A DNA stretch of 62,996 nucleotides, the filler included, from Choristocarpus tenellus KU-1152 (lineage: Eukaryota > Protista > Phaeophyceae): NCBI GenBank assembly GCA_964200185.2. It is 11 parts of 11 records of this genome, joined end to end, with 100 filler letters (N's around TTAATTAATTAA, not from the genome) between each part and the next. Parts side by side here need not be neighbours in the genome. Positions count along the whole stretch, not along the records: positions 1 to 3,898 come from CAXNAD020017276.1; positions 3,999 to 15,187 come from CAXNAD020002462.1; 9 more parts are not named here. The stretch is one strand, 5' to 3'. Positions 1 through 12,793 of the stretch are shown piece after piece. Each line of letters starts with the position of its first letter. Position 1 is the stretch's first letter. The position numbers and the translations under genes are program-made. A model generated the notes under the pieces. The model saw only the letters and a program-made list of their open reading frames with translations. It was not told the DNA's origin and ran no database searches.

Positions 1-94
1 TGGTCAATCAATACTTTGCCAACGTGTGCGCCCACCCGTCTCTCACCCCCCCCCTCCCTCCTTCCCGCCCCCCGTCCCGATTATCTTCTTACTC

Positions 95-809
95 CTATTT
101 GTCAGCCCCTTCATCCTTCTCTGTATCATACCCTAACCCATTTTCTTCTTCCTCCTCGTCCTCCTCCGTGTTTCTGACATACTCTGGGTTGTCTTCCATG
201 GCAGAATCACCTGCGCCCTTCCATATGTTGCGACCTTCCCCCTTCCCACCCGTGCCGGAAGAGGGACACTTGTGCTTTGTAGTGGTCGTTTGCGTCAATT
301 CTGAGTCCGAATCCACCACTTCGAACCCACGAGAACGCACTACCCTAAGACCTGGGAGTGCGTTGAATGGTGATCTCGTGTCATTCTTTGCCCGGGGTTT
401 GCACACCCTCCCGACCACAGGTGTGATGAACATCTGTCCGGGGCCAACCTGGGAGAAGGGGAGGAGGACCTGTTGACGGCTTCTGCTCTGCTGCACGTTT
501 GACGTGAATTCGATATTGGTGCCGTCTGCCTTCTCGGTCCAACGCATGTAGTACAGAGGGCATGTGGCTGCCACGCACAAGTAGAGCTCTGCGCCCGGCC
601 CACACAACTCCATTCCAGGCGAAAGCATGCGCTTGAGCTGTCTGTTGTTGGCCACATGAAGCAGACGAATGTACTGTTCTTCTTGGTCTTCAAAAGAGAT
701 CGAACTGAAGGCCTCTGATCGAGAGTTGCACACTTCGAGATCACCCCACGCAGGGAGGTCATTTCCGCCGACTTTGTAGTCTTTCTCTTCAAGCGGGAAT
801 AAGGCCATT
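95..809 (-). CDS. Intronless hypothetical ORF, probably transposon-derived
   Basis: Open frame 95..1075. The listed ATG overlaps the MITE target site, so MALFPLEEK (~809) is the likelier start. It has a C-x4-C motif (LCVAATCPLYY) and an acidic tail. No family recognised. Confidence 0.3.
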
Positions 810-1077
810 TCCACGGGATTCAAGGACGAGCTTGCACGCGGCTGAATATTGCGGAAGGCAAAGAGGGCGATGGGGTTGGGTGGGGTCGAGGGGTGTTGGG
901 GGGGGGAGTGCAGAGTACGGCAATTCATGAATATTCGTGATTTGGTCGCAATATCGTCCGAAGAAGGTGGTACAAAAACGGCAACCTTATTGTGGCAAAA
1001 GGTTGAACACGCTACCGATCCAATACTTACCTGCAAGGCCCATAGCTTTCTACACGACGTATTTGGGTGCCGCATTA

Positions 1078-1336
1078 GAGTGAAAGTATCTTAGAGGGTA
1101 TGAGTTTTGCCCTCTTTGTCCATTTGGGGCTTGACTTCCCATAGTATTTTTTAATTGCATTTTCCTACTTCAAAATGTTTCGGAGTAGGTAAAATGTGTA
1201 TGTTATGAAAAGGTGTGTCCAGAACATGGATATTGACACTTCCTAACAACACGATGGTCAAAATTACATCAAAATCGCATCATTTGATTTTGGCCCCCAA
1301 ATGGACGCAGCTCTACCCTCTAAGATACTTTGGCTC
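1078..1336. mobile_element. MITE family A, copy 1 (259 bp, Sola-like ends)
   Basis: TIRs GAGTGAAAGTATCTTAGAGGGTA ... TACCCTCTAAGATACTTTGGCTC, flanked by ATTA at 1074-1077 and 1337-1340. Inverted sub-terminal motif GTCCATTTGGGG. Confidence 0.9.
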
Positions 1337-1779
1337 ATTAGCTAGGTTAGGACTCGGGAATTAAAAATATATATATATTCTGCATGCCGGTAACTAAACT
1401 CTGCCGTTCGATCTTCACAAAATACTTAAGTTAGCGCATTCTATACCACATTCACCTCGATCTGGTAGCCGAAGTCCGTCGCCACCGTCTTCGCAACGAA
1501 AATGGTCGCCTCATCGTGTCCCGTTGCCTTTCCCTGAGGATGGACGGCCTCAGCAAAACATCACTGCGTCTCCGTTGGGACGAGGGTCTGCCCCAAGGCT
1601 TCCGGCAGGGAGGAAGGGTCTATCACGCGTTCTTGAACAAGAGACGTGGATATCTGGAACATCATGTGCGTACATGTGATAGCCCAACAATGTGGCAGTG
1701 AAATGGGTTAGCCATGCGATAAGATTTTGTCACATATGTATGGGTTATTCCGGCGTTGGTTAAAGATGTTGTGGTGTAC

Positions 1780-2570
1780 TACAGCACGTTTGTTTTTTGT
1801 TCATGCGGGGAATGAGGACATTATGATGTACCGACGATCACATCAAAGTCTTGGGGACTCACGATTTCCAGCGGTGGTGTGGATAACTACGTGCACTCTG
1901 TTAGCAACGTGTAAACATCTACAAGGAAGTATCACCAGTACAATTGCACTGCTGAGACCTATCCATAGGGAACGAAGACAGACAACAAGTTGGAAAGCAA
2001 TGGGAAAAAAAAGCCAGCACATCCTTCTTACCTTCCACTTGCCGTCCTTGTAGGCTTGGCCGAAGGACGTGCCCATCTTCTCTTTCACCTCGTCCTTTGA
2101 TGCCACGTTGGACACGAACACCTCCACCCTCCTGCTCCGTTCAAGGGCCGCCTCCACCACATTGTGCCTCTCTGCGCTGTAGGAGACGACGTTGTCCACA
2201 GCATTCGTGTACCTATCATAGGAGGGCAGTTCGTCAATTATCCCTATGGAGTATATTGTATTGCGCACGGATTCATCATGTCGCAATGTATGAGTAATGT
2301 TCCGATACAGGGCAACACAATCTTGGTGCGTTTTGACGCTTAACGTACCGATTCGGGAAACAAACTCGCGGGATGGATTGACGCCCCTGAACCGTCACCC
2401 AGCTCGTTCTGTTACTGTTTAATGATGTCCTACACCTATTAAAAAAAAAATTGCTGCTTCTGTGAAGAAGGAAGTGTGTGACGTTATTAACGAACCTGTT
2501 AACGAGGAAGTGGAGGGCCCTCATGGGGATGTCCGTTGCAGCACCTTCGTATTCGACGTCCAACATAGTT
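1780..2570 (-). pseudogene. Degenerate ORF, possibly a Ulp1/C48 peptidase-like transposon cargo
   Basis: Fragments ALHFLVNRFVNNVTHFLL..SNFFF and MCWLFFPIAF are loosely spaced like Ulp1 motifs. The catalytic HW and Q..CG motifs are not intact, and the frame is interrupted. Confidence 0.2.
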
Positions 2571-2829
2571 TGGAGTCCGGAGGAGGCGCATCATGCCCGT
2601 GGCCAAAGATGTCGTCGACGGTGACTCACTTATTGCATGTGAACGTTGGCCCATCGTTGTGCGCGAGAAGAATCATGTCCTGACAACATCTGAGATGGTT
2701 ATCTGTGCCTAATTGAGGGCGCCCCCCCCTCCTCGTCTTGTATATTAGGGTTAGGGGATGATCCTCCACAATCAAGCCCACCTTCGACGCAGTAGGAGCC
2801 TCTGAATGAATAGAAGGCGGGAGCGAGCG

Positions 2830-2927
2830 CGTGGGTCCGGCATGCGTCAAACTTGACAGTGACATCACACAAGTAGTTCGTGGGTCCGGCATGCTTCAAA
2901 CTTGACAGTGACATCACACAAGTAGTT
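2830..2927 (+). repeat. 49-bp tandem duplication (2 copies, 1 mismatch)
   Basis: CGTGGGTCCGGCATGC[G/T]TCAAACTTGACAGTGACATCACACAAGTAGTT x2. Confidence 0.95.
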
Positions 2928-3898
2928 ATCGTAGGGATTCATGAAATCTCATACCACTAACATTATAATAGTACAATGAGTGTGGAACGCAAGGCAAATA
3001 ACCAATGCAAAAAATGCAAATAATAGGAAAATAAGTAATAATAGAAGTAAATATGGTAAAAACAATGTAGTGAAGACGAGTAACGCCAGCATACGATTCG
3101 CGGATAATGAAACAAAGTGAAAAAGGACATGAACAACATGGGGAAAGTGAAAAAGGAATACACACGACCTAATTCGCATCTCCTGAACGGTCGCACAATA
3201 TTTGATCGGCACACGGACGGAATGATAACGGCCATGGCGGATCGCATCAGTCTCCCGCAATATACCCCGTATTCCAGCACTTGCAAACTCTGCAACTCAC
3301 CTACTAGGCGGTGTAATTGCGCCTTCCACGGGTGGGGCACAATGAGCGCAATGGTGCCCTGAGGACGCATCTTAGGTCACAAGCACTGAAGCACCTCGCG
3401 CAGGTGTGTGTTGGCCGCCTCTTCGTCGATGAGGAAGGTGTCTTGGCTCGGCGGCATTGGATACTATGGCAAGCTTTGACCCGTTACGGAAGGCGAAATC
3501 ACTAAGGTCGTCTAAGTGTACCGTAGGGTCGAGAGGGCGAAGGTCGTGTAGTGCAGTGTTCTCACTCCTGCTTGGACATCATGACATACGACACAGTAGA
3601 CAGACAGCACGACAAGAAGGACGGCGTAGTAAGCTACGGTGCAGGCAATCTTTTCATTAAGTGAGGTCCTGATAATATTTCAGGGCATCTCCAAAATGTC
3701 AAGCCGTACCCTCCACAACACCAGACTCAACAGGTACATCTCTTGGAAGGAGGGTAGACGTCAAAACACTAAGTTCCATGGTCCATGGAAACCTCCAATA
3801 AAGCGACACATCCAAGGTACAAAGGACGAGCAATCCACATGATGTACAAGCAGCCAAGACCTATGTGCAAACCAACGCGAAAACAAACACGCAGAGAC

Positions 3899-3998
3899 NN
3901 NNNNNNNNNNNNNNNNNNNNNNNNNNNNNNNNNNNNNNNNNNTTAATTAATTAANNNNNNNNNNNNNNNNNNNNNNNNNNNNNNNNNNNNNNNNNNNN
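3899..3998. other. Artificial contig linker N44-TTAATTAATTAA-N44 (first of ten; others start at 15188, 24215, 27880, 32233, 36669, 42690, 48170, 53360, 59136)
   Basis: The same 100-nt spacer, whose core gives stops in all six frames, occurs ten times. Confidence 0.98.
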
Positions 3999-4093
3999 CC
4001 CCATCTCTTCTGCTGCTACACTTCCATTCATCTCTGAAAAAAAAAACTCTTTTCACTATTTTTCATAATTTATTTAATTTTTCTTTTTCGAAG

Positions 4094-7000
4094 AGCCCGT
4101 GCGATGGAAAGGATAGAAGAAAAAAAAAGAGATGGTACGGTAAGGACCATTGACCAAGGTCCACAGGGTGAGTGTAAGAGCCTCGTGCCATCATTGACCC
4201 TGGTGCAACCTAAGCACAATCCAGACCAACAAGAGGCAGCGGGCTTTGGGGCTGGAGGTGATGATGGGGGAGGGAGCATGAATGCTGAGGGTAAAGGGCA
4301 GTGCTCCTTGGAAAGAGCTGTCTCTTCGTTGACTGAGGGGTCACTGTCTATGCAGGCGCATTTCAAGAGTGCTCATTCTGTTGATTTGGTGCTGGCCAAT
4401 GGGGACCAGAAGGTGGCTGGCAACTTGTCTCCGGTGACTGTCAGCATGTCTCCGCCTTCGAATCTCCTTGAGGTTAGGGTTAGGGTTATAGGGTTATAGG
4501 GTTTAAGGATTCGAGAAGAGGGGGGCGGCTACAAAGAAAAAAAATCTCTTGATTTTTGGGAAATCGTTTAAAAAATAAAAAAGAAGTCTAGTTGTTCGGG
4601 AGGATGGAGGAGAGTGTTGTAGGGAATGGGCGTGTTTTGTTGAGAGGACGTTTACTGCTTTAAAAAAAATAAAATGTTGTGCATTGCTTGAGGTTGCGAC
4701 TTGATTCTTGTGATCGAATACATTTTCTTTTTCTTTCTGAGAGTTACTAGGGTTAGGGTTAGGGTTTCGTGTCCTATCAACTCTCTGCGGGTTGTTGTGA
4801 TGAGGATGTAGTTTTCTTGCATGTGTTTACTTTTTTTCGGGGTGTGGGTTCTTGTTGTCAAAGATCGAAACTCTCTTCATGGTTTCCTTTTGTCTGATTG
4901 GTCTAGTTGCGACACATGTTCCTCGGGATTCCCCTCTTCTGCACCTGTCCTTCCCTCTCACCTGCCCTGGTCTTTACTTTGTTCTGTTTACTTTGTACTA
5001 GGGGGAGGGCTCAGGGGAAGTACCTTCAGGTTCACGGACTCCGCCAACAAGACAAGAGGCTGATGGCAAGAGGTATTTGCCCCAGAGCACCCAGAGCGCC
5101 CAGAGCGCATTTTTTGTTTTGTCTCAGAAATGTGGTGGGGGTTAGAGATGTATGTAACTTTATCTGCCTAGAGATGTTCTGTGTGTTTTGAGTTGAGATA
5201 AGATGGAGGGCAAGGACGTGGGATCGTGTCCTGGCGGTAGGATTCAAAATCTCAACTCAAGAGAGTTCTATCATGCAAGACACATTGCTCATCTACAACA
5301 TGGAATGGATTGTTCCTCCCACCTACCCTTGTAGGTATGCAGAGTCCTTTGTACCTTTCTTTTTTATTTTTTTCTCATACATTGTGTCCATATATCTCAA
5401 GCGGTTGCTGCGTATTGACTGTTTTTGACTACCTTACATGAGGTTGGCGGGGTCTGTATCCCCTTGAGACCAATACACTTCACGTCATGGAAGATTATGT
5501 TTGTTTTTAAGTTTCTCTTCCAGGCACTCACGCACGCGTGATCTTTTTTGTTTTTTCTAAAAAAAAACTTTTTTTTTTTCGCTTGAAAAAAAAAATGTCA
5601 GGGACAGTCCGAAGAAACCCCGCAGACATGAACGCCGTGGGAGGCAAGAGATACGCTCTAATGGAGATGATGGTGATAGACCAAGCCGTGCTTTCTCTAC
5701 AGGGAGGTCTGCTGCTTTGGAGTGGCAGGTAAAGTGGTTCTCTCCCTACCCCTGTTTACCCCACTTTATTTATGGACTCCCGAGCAAAGGGCTGTTTGTA
5801 TGGTAAATTTTTGCTGGGATGTTTGTGCTCTCTGTCAAGGAAGATTTCCTTTGGTAGGGTTGGTGTTTTGGAAGAGTTACCCAATAAAAAAATAAAGAGA
5901 ACAAAATGTGTATCTTTCTTCAAAATGTATTTTATCTCTTTGTAAACTCCTCGTCTAATACTGTATGTATGTTTGTGTGTGTATGTACGAAGGGGTTTTC
6001 TTTTTTCTTTTTTGTAGTGGTGTACGGGTATATTGATAGGGTTAGGGTTGACCTTTTGCAGTTTGAATACAGATGCATTGCTTTTGTTTCTTGACACTTT
6101 TGAAGTATTCCTGCCTATTCCTAGTCTGCATTTTCGAAATGCAACTTGGGTGTCCTTGATTCTCGTGACCACATGTTTGTTGTGATTTTTTATCCTACTG
6201 ATGTTTCTTTCCTACTGGGGCTGTTGTGATTTTTGAGTATATTATTATTTTTAATTATTTTTTCGTAGTGACGGTAAGTCATTGTAATAGCGCACATCAG
6301 GAGTGGGTATGATAGGTAGGCGTTCCTTTTTTGTGTGTTCTGCCACTGTATTTATGGTTGAAGTTTTTCCAACCATTTTGTGTCAAACCCTATCCCTATC
6401 TCATTGTGCTTGCACAGGCCACAAAAGTAAACAATGTCAGGCAGGGGCTGCTAATTGAGAAGGCCAGGGAGGTGAGCAACTGCAAAATCACAAGTTGTGT
6501 TTGTAGTATGAAGGAAGGCATGTATGAAGAAATGGGAGATACAAGAACAATTCGCCAACCCCTCTCCCCCCCCCCCCCCCTGTTGATTTGTTGATTGCCC
6601 AGGCTCTACGTGCAGAAAAGTATGAGGCACGAGCAGAAGCTGCAAAGTCATCTGCCCTCCATTCTGTGTATAACTCTTGTGATCATAACGTGCCTTCTAA
6701 GTCAGCACGGGCAACTCGTACCAGTAACTCCTGGGGAGGAATCCAGCATCAACGTGAGGAGGATTGGGCTGCTACATTGACAGACGTGGAGGATGATTGC
6801 ATTATCCGTTCTAGCAATGGATACCCTGTTCCGTTGCTCCGAACAAACACAGAGAAAGTTTCCCTTGGAAGGCTTAGGGACCATGCTCAAGGAAGACCAG
6901 TCGACTGTGCAGGAGAGGGGCATGGGGGAGGGGCTGCGCTCGGGTCTTCTGGAAAGGGGAGGAAGGGAAGTAGGTTGGTTTTGCCGGCGGGGAGGGGAGA

Positions 7001-10000
7001 GGGACATCGACAGATGCGCTCTGCTGGGTCTGTCCTGAGTAGGGCTGCTGCTGATGTGGCTGGTGAAGGGGAGGAAGTGAGTGAAGTAGAAAGAACACTG
7101 TTTGATTGGATTGATGTGAAGGTTGTGTTGTGTTTGAAATTGACATTGGGGGGTGGGGGGTGGTCTGTGGACCAATCAACTTGTTGGGAAAAGCTTGTGC
7201 TCCCCTGCTGAGAAAAAAAAAAGATGGGTACGATGTCATGAACTAGTGCGTTTGCTGTTGCTGTTGTCATTCACTGGAAGTTTTTCCCTAATGTGCTGTC
7301 AGGATTTTTTGCAGTCTGATGACCCACCCTGTGATTTTTTCATAACTCCGCAGAAGTCGATATCTCGAAGGGGGAGCAGGAAGGTTAGGGGGAGGGAGAG
7401 GGAGAGGGAGAGGGCAAGGACCAAGGGGAGAAGGAACAGCTGGGGAAACGTGGACTCTGCTGCAAAGGGCAGTGGGGGAGGGGAGGGGGGAGGTACAGGT
7501 GTCAGCACTCCGTCATCACTCAGTGTACGCAACAAACACCGGATGAAGGGAAGAGAGTTTATCAGGTCACGTGAGGGTTCAGATTGCTCTGCATTGACAA
7601 ATGCCTCAGGAGAGACATCTGATGGAGGTTTACATCGGCGAAGGAAGTCTTCTGGGAAGAGTGGGGAACACAGTCGTTCTCATTCTGATGGTATCAAGAA
7701 GGACTACTCTGGTCGCATGCCCCACTCACAAAGGTGATGGAGGCGTTTTTGTCTTTTTCTTTGTGGGGTTTGGTTGAGGATTCACTATCATGTTTTGGAC
7801 TTTGCAGCCTTGTTGATTGTTGCAGTGTATCTGAAGCTCTTGGTGGGGCTTTTGATTTGGGGGGTGATCAGAGTGTGAATTGTTGGGGATGTCTTGTTAT
7901 TTGGGTTTTGGGGGAAATGGGGAAGAGATGAATGGTAAGACTTTTGTTGTTTTTAGACTATGCCGGTACTGTGCATGTTAGGGTTAGGATTAGATGAATG
8001 ACATACCATTGTGGTTTAGTTTTGAGTATTTGATGAAGTTATGGTTCACACACACAAAATCAAGGCTATACCCGGAGTGATAGCAAATATAGCATGTAGA
8101 CATAGATACATTGTACCCATAGACTTGACATCGTATCTCTCAAGTGTTACCTATGTTTTGGTGCACATTTGGTTGTAAGTGTACTGAATACTACCTCCAG
8201 TAGCTCACTCAGCACTCTGATTATTAACCTGTATCATCCTACTCATGCAAGCACCCCCCTCTCTTTCCCACTATTTGATGCACTTGTCTACCAATTGCAG
8301 ATCCAGCATCAATAGCAGGGGCAACCAACATCATCTCAATGAGCGGAAAAGCAAGCCCACTGCTGCAACTATTGCAGTTACTTCGTTTAAGGCCAATGGT
8401 GTTGCCAACATGAACTCTGCAGTCTTGACACCCAGACAATCTGCAAGGACAAGGGCAGCAGAAGCGCGAGCGACTCTCTCTCCCCTTGAAGTTCTTTCTT
8501 CGTCTGCCAAGGAAGGAGATGCCAAGCATGATGCTAGGGTATCTAGAGTGAGAGATGCTGTACCAGTGATGCCAACACCGCCCTCAAAGCTGGTGGCGGA
8601 GGTGCCATGGTCGGTGGAGTCGGTGGAGTCGATTGAGCAGCGGGAAGAGTCAATCAGGAAGGAAAGTGTTCCGAAGGTCCAGGAGCAGGCTGAGAGCTCT
8701 CCCCACCCCAGGAAGAAGGGTCCAGAATTGCCTTTGCCCCAAAAGTATGTTAGGGGTGAGAAGAAGAGGGAGGACATGGAAGGTAGTTCTGGGGCAGTAA
8801 GGGGTGGGCCTAGAGGAGGGCTAACGATGGATCCGACTGGAGGGGAAGGGCAAGGTACTTGGAGGAAGCGTCTATGGGGGTTGGGTACAGAGGAGGTGGA
8901 AGTAAAGACAAAAGGCGACATGGGAGGGAGTGGTGATCTAGTCGGAATGGGGGCGAGCATGGATGTGAGGAGGGAAGAGGAAGAACGCTTAGAAATAAAA
9001 GGGGCATCTATTGAGAGTATTGCAGCTAGGGCTACAGTGGTAGAGGGAGATGAGCTAACGTGTGAGTGTGGGGTTGAGGGCTTTGTTAGGGTTGAAATGA
9101 TTCCTTTATATTTCTACTGTTTCTATGGAATTAATACTAGCTCAACATTTAAGTATCTGTTGTGTATGTGCGTGTTACTCCCCCCCCCCCTCTCCCCCCC
9201 CCCTCTGCTTGATTGCTTGGTCATTATTTTTCAAACTCTCATACAGTGTTGTAGAGGCACCACCTGTTTGCAGTGAGTGTTGAAGGTTGCTGTCGACTGC
9301 TTAGAAGGTGCTCAACTTTAATGTGCTTACCTTCCGGGCATTTGCTCCCACACGGTAGAACCTTTTGCTACCCTGATAGGTTGCTGTACCAATCTTGAAG
9401 ACCACTTAACCTTGTTCTTGCTCTAAATTGCCCACTTAGGACCTTAGTGGCTTTGATGCCACCTGGTGCTGTTCTCACATTCCCTTGCTTCTCTGTTTGC
9501 CTCATGCAATTTTCTTCCCCACCCAGTCTTCACTGACACAGATACAGAGGGGGAGGGGGACGGGGAGGGGGAAGGGGAAGGGGACTGTGGCAATGATATA
9601 GTGGAGGCTAAGGGGGGAGGGCAGGTGGTGAAGGTCATTGCTAAGACAAAGGCAGTTACTAATGTTGCTGAAAAGGTTTCACAATTAGATGAGGCCCACT
9701 TCCCCAAGGTGAAAATTGGTAAGCTGTCTGACTCTGTTGCTTCAGGGCAGAGGTTCAAGGAGGCAGATGGCGGGTCTGAAAAGGATGCAGTTGCCAAAGG
9801 TGTAGCAATATCGGAGATGAGATCATCGTGTGTTGTGGAGGTTGAGACGAAGGATAGGAAGCTGGAATACAAGGACAAGTTGGAGAGGGGGATAGCCCAC
9901 AAAGAGTTGTCACAAGAGCAAGGGGAAGCTGAACTCAGAGACAGGCCAATGCATGGAACCACTGTGAAGCCAGTTCCGGAAGGAGGGAGGCTTGGGGAAG

Positions 10001-12793
10001 GAGTAAAAGAGCTGGCGGTATCTGATATGAAGGTACCAGGAAAGACATTGGAGACTAGCATTGATGGGGATGAGTGTCGACCACCAGAGTCATCCCTTTG
10101 CTTGTTACGCACAACCACGATAAAGGCCCCTGAGGCGTGGAAATATTTGAAAGCTCAGCAGCTGCAGGCCAAGATGAAGGATGCAAAAGTATCAGGGACT
10201 GATGGAACTGAGCCGCCATCGCCATTGCCGCACGGATCACAGGATGAGAAGGTGAAAGGGGGGGCAGGGGACAAGGCAGGGCACCAGAGTGAGGTGCCCA
10301 GTGTGAAAGAAGCTCAGGGCAGACTTAGACAGCAGTCACACCTTCCGCAGGCACTTCGACCTCGACCGTTGTCCTTTGGCCGGTCACAACTCGTTGAGGG
10401 GCGCCCAAGGTCTTTTGCGCCTATATCAGGGGGCAGTGCAGCTTGGAGCAAGTTCCTAGCTAGTGAGGGAGGGGGTCAGCCTGCTGTTGGGGGGGGAGTG
10501 AGTACCCCCTTGAGTAGTAATGGTGACAATGCAGGTTGTTCTATGGCGAAGAATGTAGAGGGTGGGGTAATTGATTGTGATACTAATAGTGAAGCTGGGG
10601 ATGCCAAGGCTCCTGAAACTGAGGCCAAGGATGAAGATGAGGAAAACCTCAAGAGTGGAGGGGAAGAGGAAACCAAAAGGGAAAGAAGGTATAGCCTTGG
10701 GGGTTTGACGGGACGTGGTGGAAGTACACAGGCAACCGTGTTGAAGGGCTTCAAGGAGCCAGTGGAGGCAAGTGGCCCAAATAAAGGTCCTGCTGGAGCA
10801 TTCTCTGGAAATGCAATGTGGCGTCTAGCTGGAGGGGCATCAGGGGCATCAATGCATGCTAGGGCAGGGGTTGCTGCCAACGGTCATGGAGGATATGTTA
10901 ACCCCCTTGCAGCCCAGAGGCATAGTGTTGGTGGGGTAGGCGGGTTTGTTAACCCTTTGGCCTCTACCAGAGGTGGTGGAGGTGGTGGAGGTTTTGTCAA
11001 CCCATTGAGTTCCAAAGGCGGAGGTGGATATGTCAACCCTCTTGCATTGGGTAGGAGTGGCAATGGTGGGAATTCCGCTTCTAATAGCTCTTCAATCAAT
11101 GGCCAAACCACTGGGAAGGGTGGAAGTCGGCTCAGCTTTGGTTCGAGTGCAACGTTTGACTCTTCTGCAGCTGCAAGGGTGATAAGGTCCAAGTCTGACC
11201 ATGAGGACTCCACGAAGACCTTGCAGTCCGGTGGGATGTACAGCGCTTCGCCATCTGGTCGACACTCTGTTGCCAAGGAGAACACATGGTGTTTCACAGA
11301 TGGTGAGGTAGCGCCCATGCCGCCCAGCACTGATGGATCTGATGATGATGATGATGCCTCAAACTTTCCCCCTAAACCTGTGATTGAACTTGCACAAGAA
11401 GAGGCATTGGCAGAGGAAGGGCAAGAAACTCATCTGTTACCTGGAGGGGCCCTCCCAAAGGCTATGGACTTACCAATGCGGAGAGATTTAAGGCCAAGAT
11501 CCCCTTTCAATTCGCCAGTGAGAACTCAATTGGCAGCAGCTGATGAGGAGAGGGCAAGGCAGCTCTTGCAGGGCTCAGTCGCGGATTGCGAGAGCGTATA
11601 CCCAATGTTGGTGGAAGTCAATCCGTCAACAGTTTATGACCCCTTCAGTGACTTTGAAGGGCACGAAGGGGTAAGTGACGATGGTGATCTTGGGAGTGGG
11701 AGTGTGGGTGTGGGTGGGCGCTTCAGTATGGGCTGGGGGGAAAATGTTGAAAGTGAAGACAGTAGTAAAGGCTGGCCTTTTCAGCCCTGGTCGCATTCTA
11801 GGGAGGGGAGTGGGGAGGAGGGTGGATCTGGGATTAAGGCAGCGGTATCTCCGTCTCTCGATAGTAGGTATGAGATGGGGGGGATGTCTCCATTGCAAGG
11901 TACTCATCCACCACCCGTCCCGATGGGGTATATGAAGAGTCCAATAGGAGGAACTAGCCAGCTAGGGGGACTACCTCCACGGGCGCAGACCCTGAACAAT
12001 CAGGCGGGGAGAAAATCACGGTCAAAACCGCCACTGAGCAGCAACGACAGGGACCCAGGACGGATCAAGGTTCAGAACGCTGTTGTGAGTCTTGATGGGG
12101 TTTTGTTTTTCCAAATGATGCTGAGGTTGAGGGGGTTAAAGTTGGGGTGGATTAGAGTAAATGATTTGTCTTACTGGCTCTATATGGCATCTAGACCATT
12201 TTATTGGGCACAGGGCACAGGTTTGGAATTTGATAGCTGTGGACATTGCAAACCCGCGCGAAATCATTATCACTTTAGACCTGGACATAGGCACTGCTCG
12301 AGTGAGAATGATTGATTGTAAGTTTGTGAGGTTCCACCTCTTCCTCCGAAGCTGATCTTGTTTCTTTTAGGGACTTCCATGATAGTATCGTTTGTAGAAT
12401 TGTGCATCTTACCTATTTTCTGGGTTGGCTTGACTGTATACAACATGAGGGTCCCTATTGAAATGTTTTTTTTCCAGATGCTCTAATTTCGTCTATATTT
12501 GTACATAAACCTCATTCCACCTACACTAACCTTTAAGTGTCACCTCCAATTTCTTTACCTCGATGCCTACACTCATCTTAACCCCCTTCCCTAGCTCTTC
12601 CTCAACCTATTATCTCACATTAGACCCTCCCATCTCCCCTTCCATTGGCCTCCCTCAGCGGGCATTCCAGAACACTGCTTCTCGATTGCCATCATCACTG
12701 GCAGGCACCAATGAAGCTTCAGAGGTTGGAGAAGTGAAGGAAAAGGGCTTAGTGAGGTTAAGAAGGGCAGTTTACTCACCACGTCCCTGTTGA
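4094..12793 (+). CDS. 5'-partial 9-exon gene for a very large Gly/Ser/Glu-rich, mostly low-complexity protein of unknown function
   Basis: Exons 4094-4472, 5002-5072, 5203-5334, 5602-5728, 6603-7121, 7315-7733, 8301-9061, 9527-12084 and 12659-12793 (TGA). All eight introns are GT-AG and the phases (0,2,2,0,0,2,1,0) join into one open frame. An alternative in-frame donor after 12069 is possible. Confidence 0.8.

Noticed and set aside
9466-12315. The 949-aa ORF as a stand-alone gene
   Set aside because: Its ends are intron read-through; it is exon 8 of the spliced gene.
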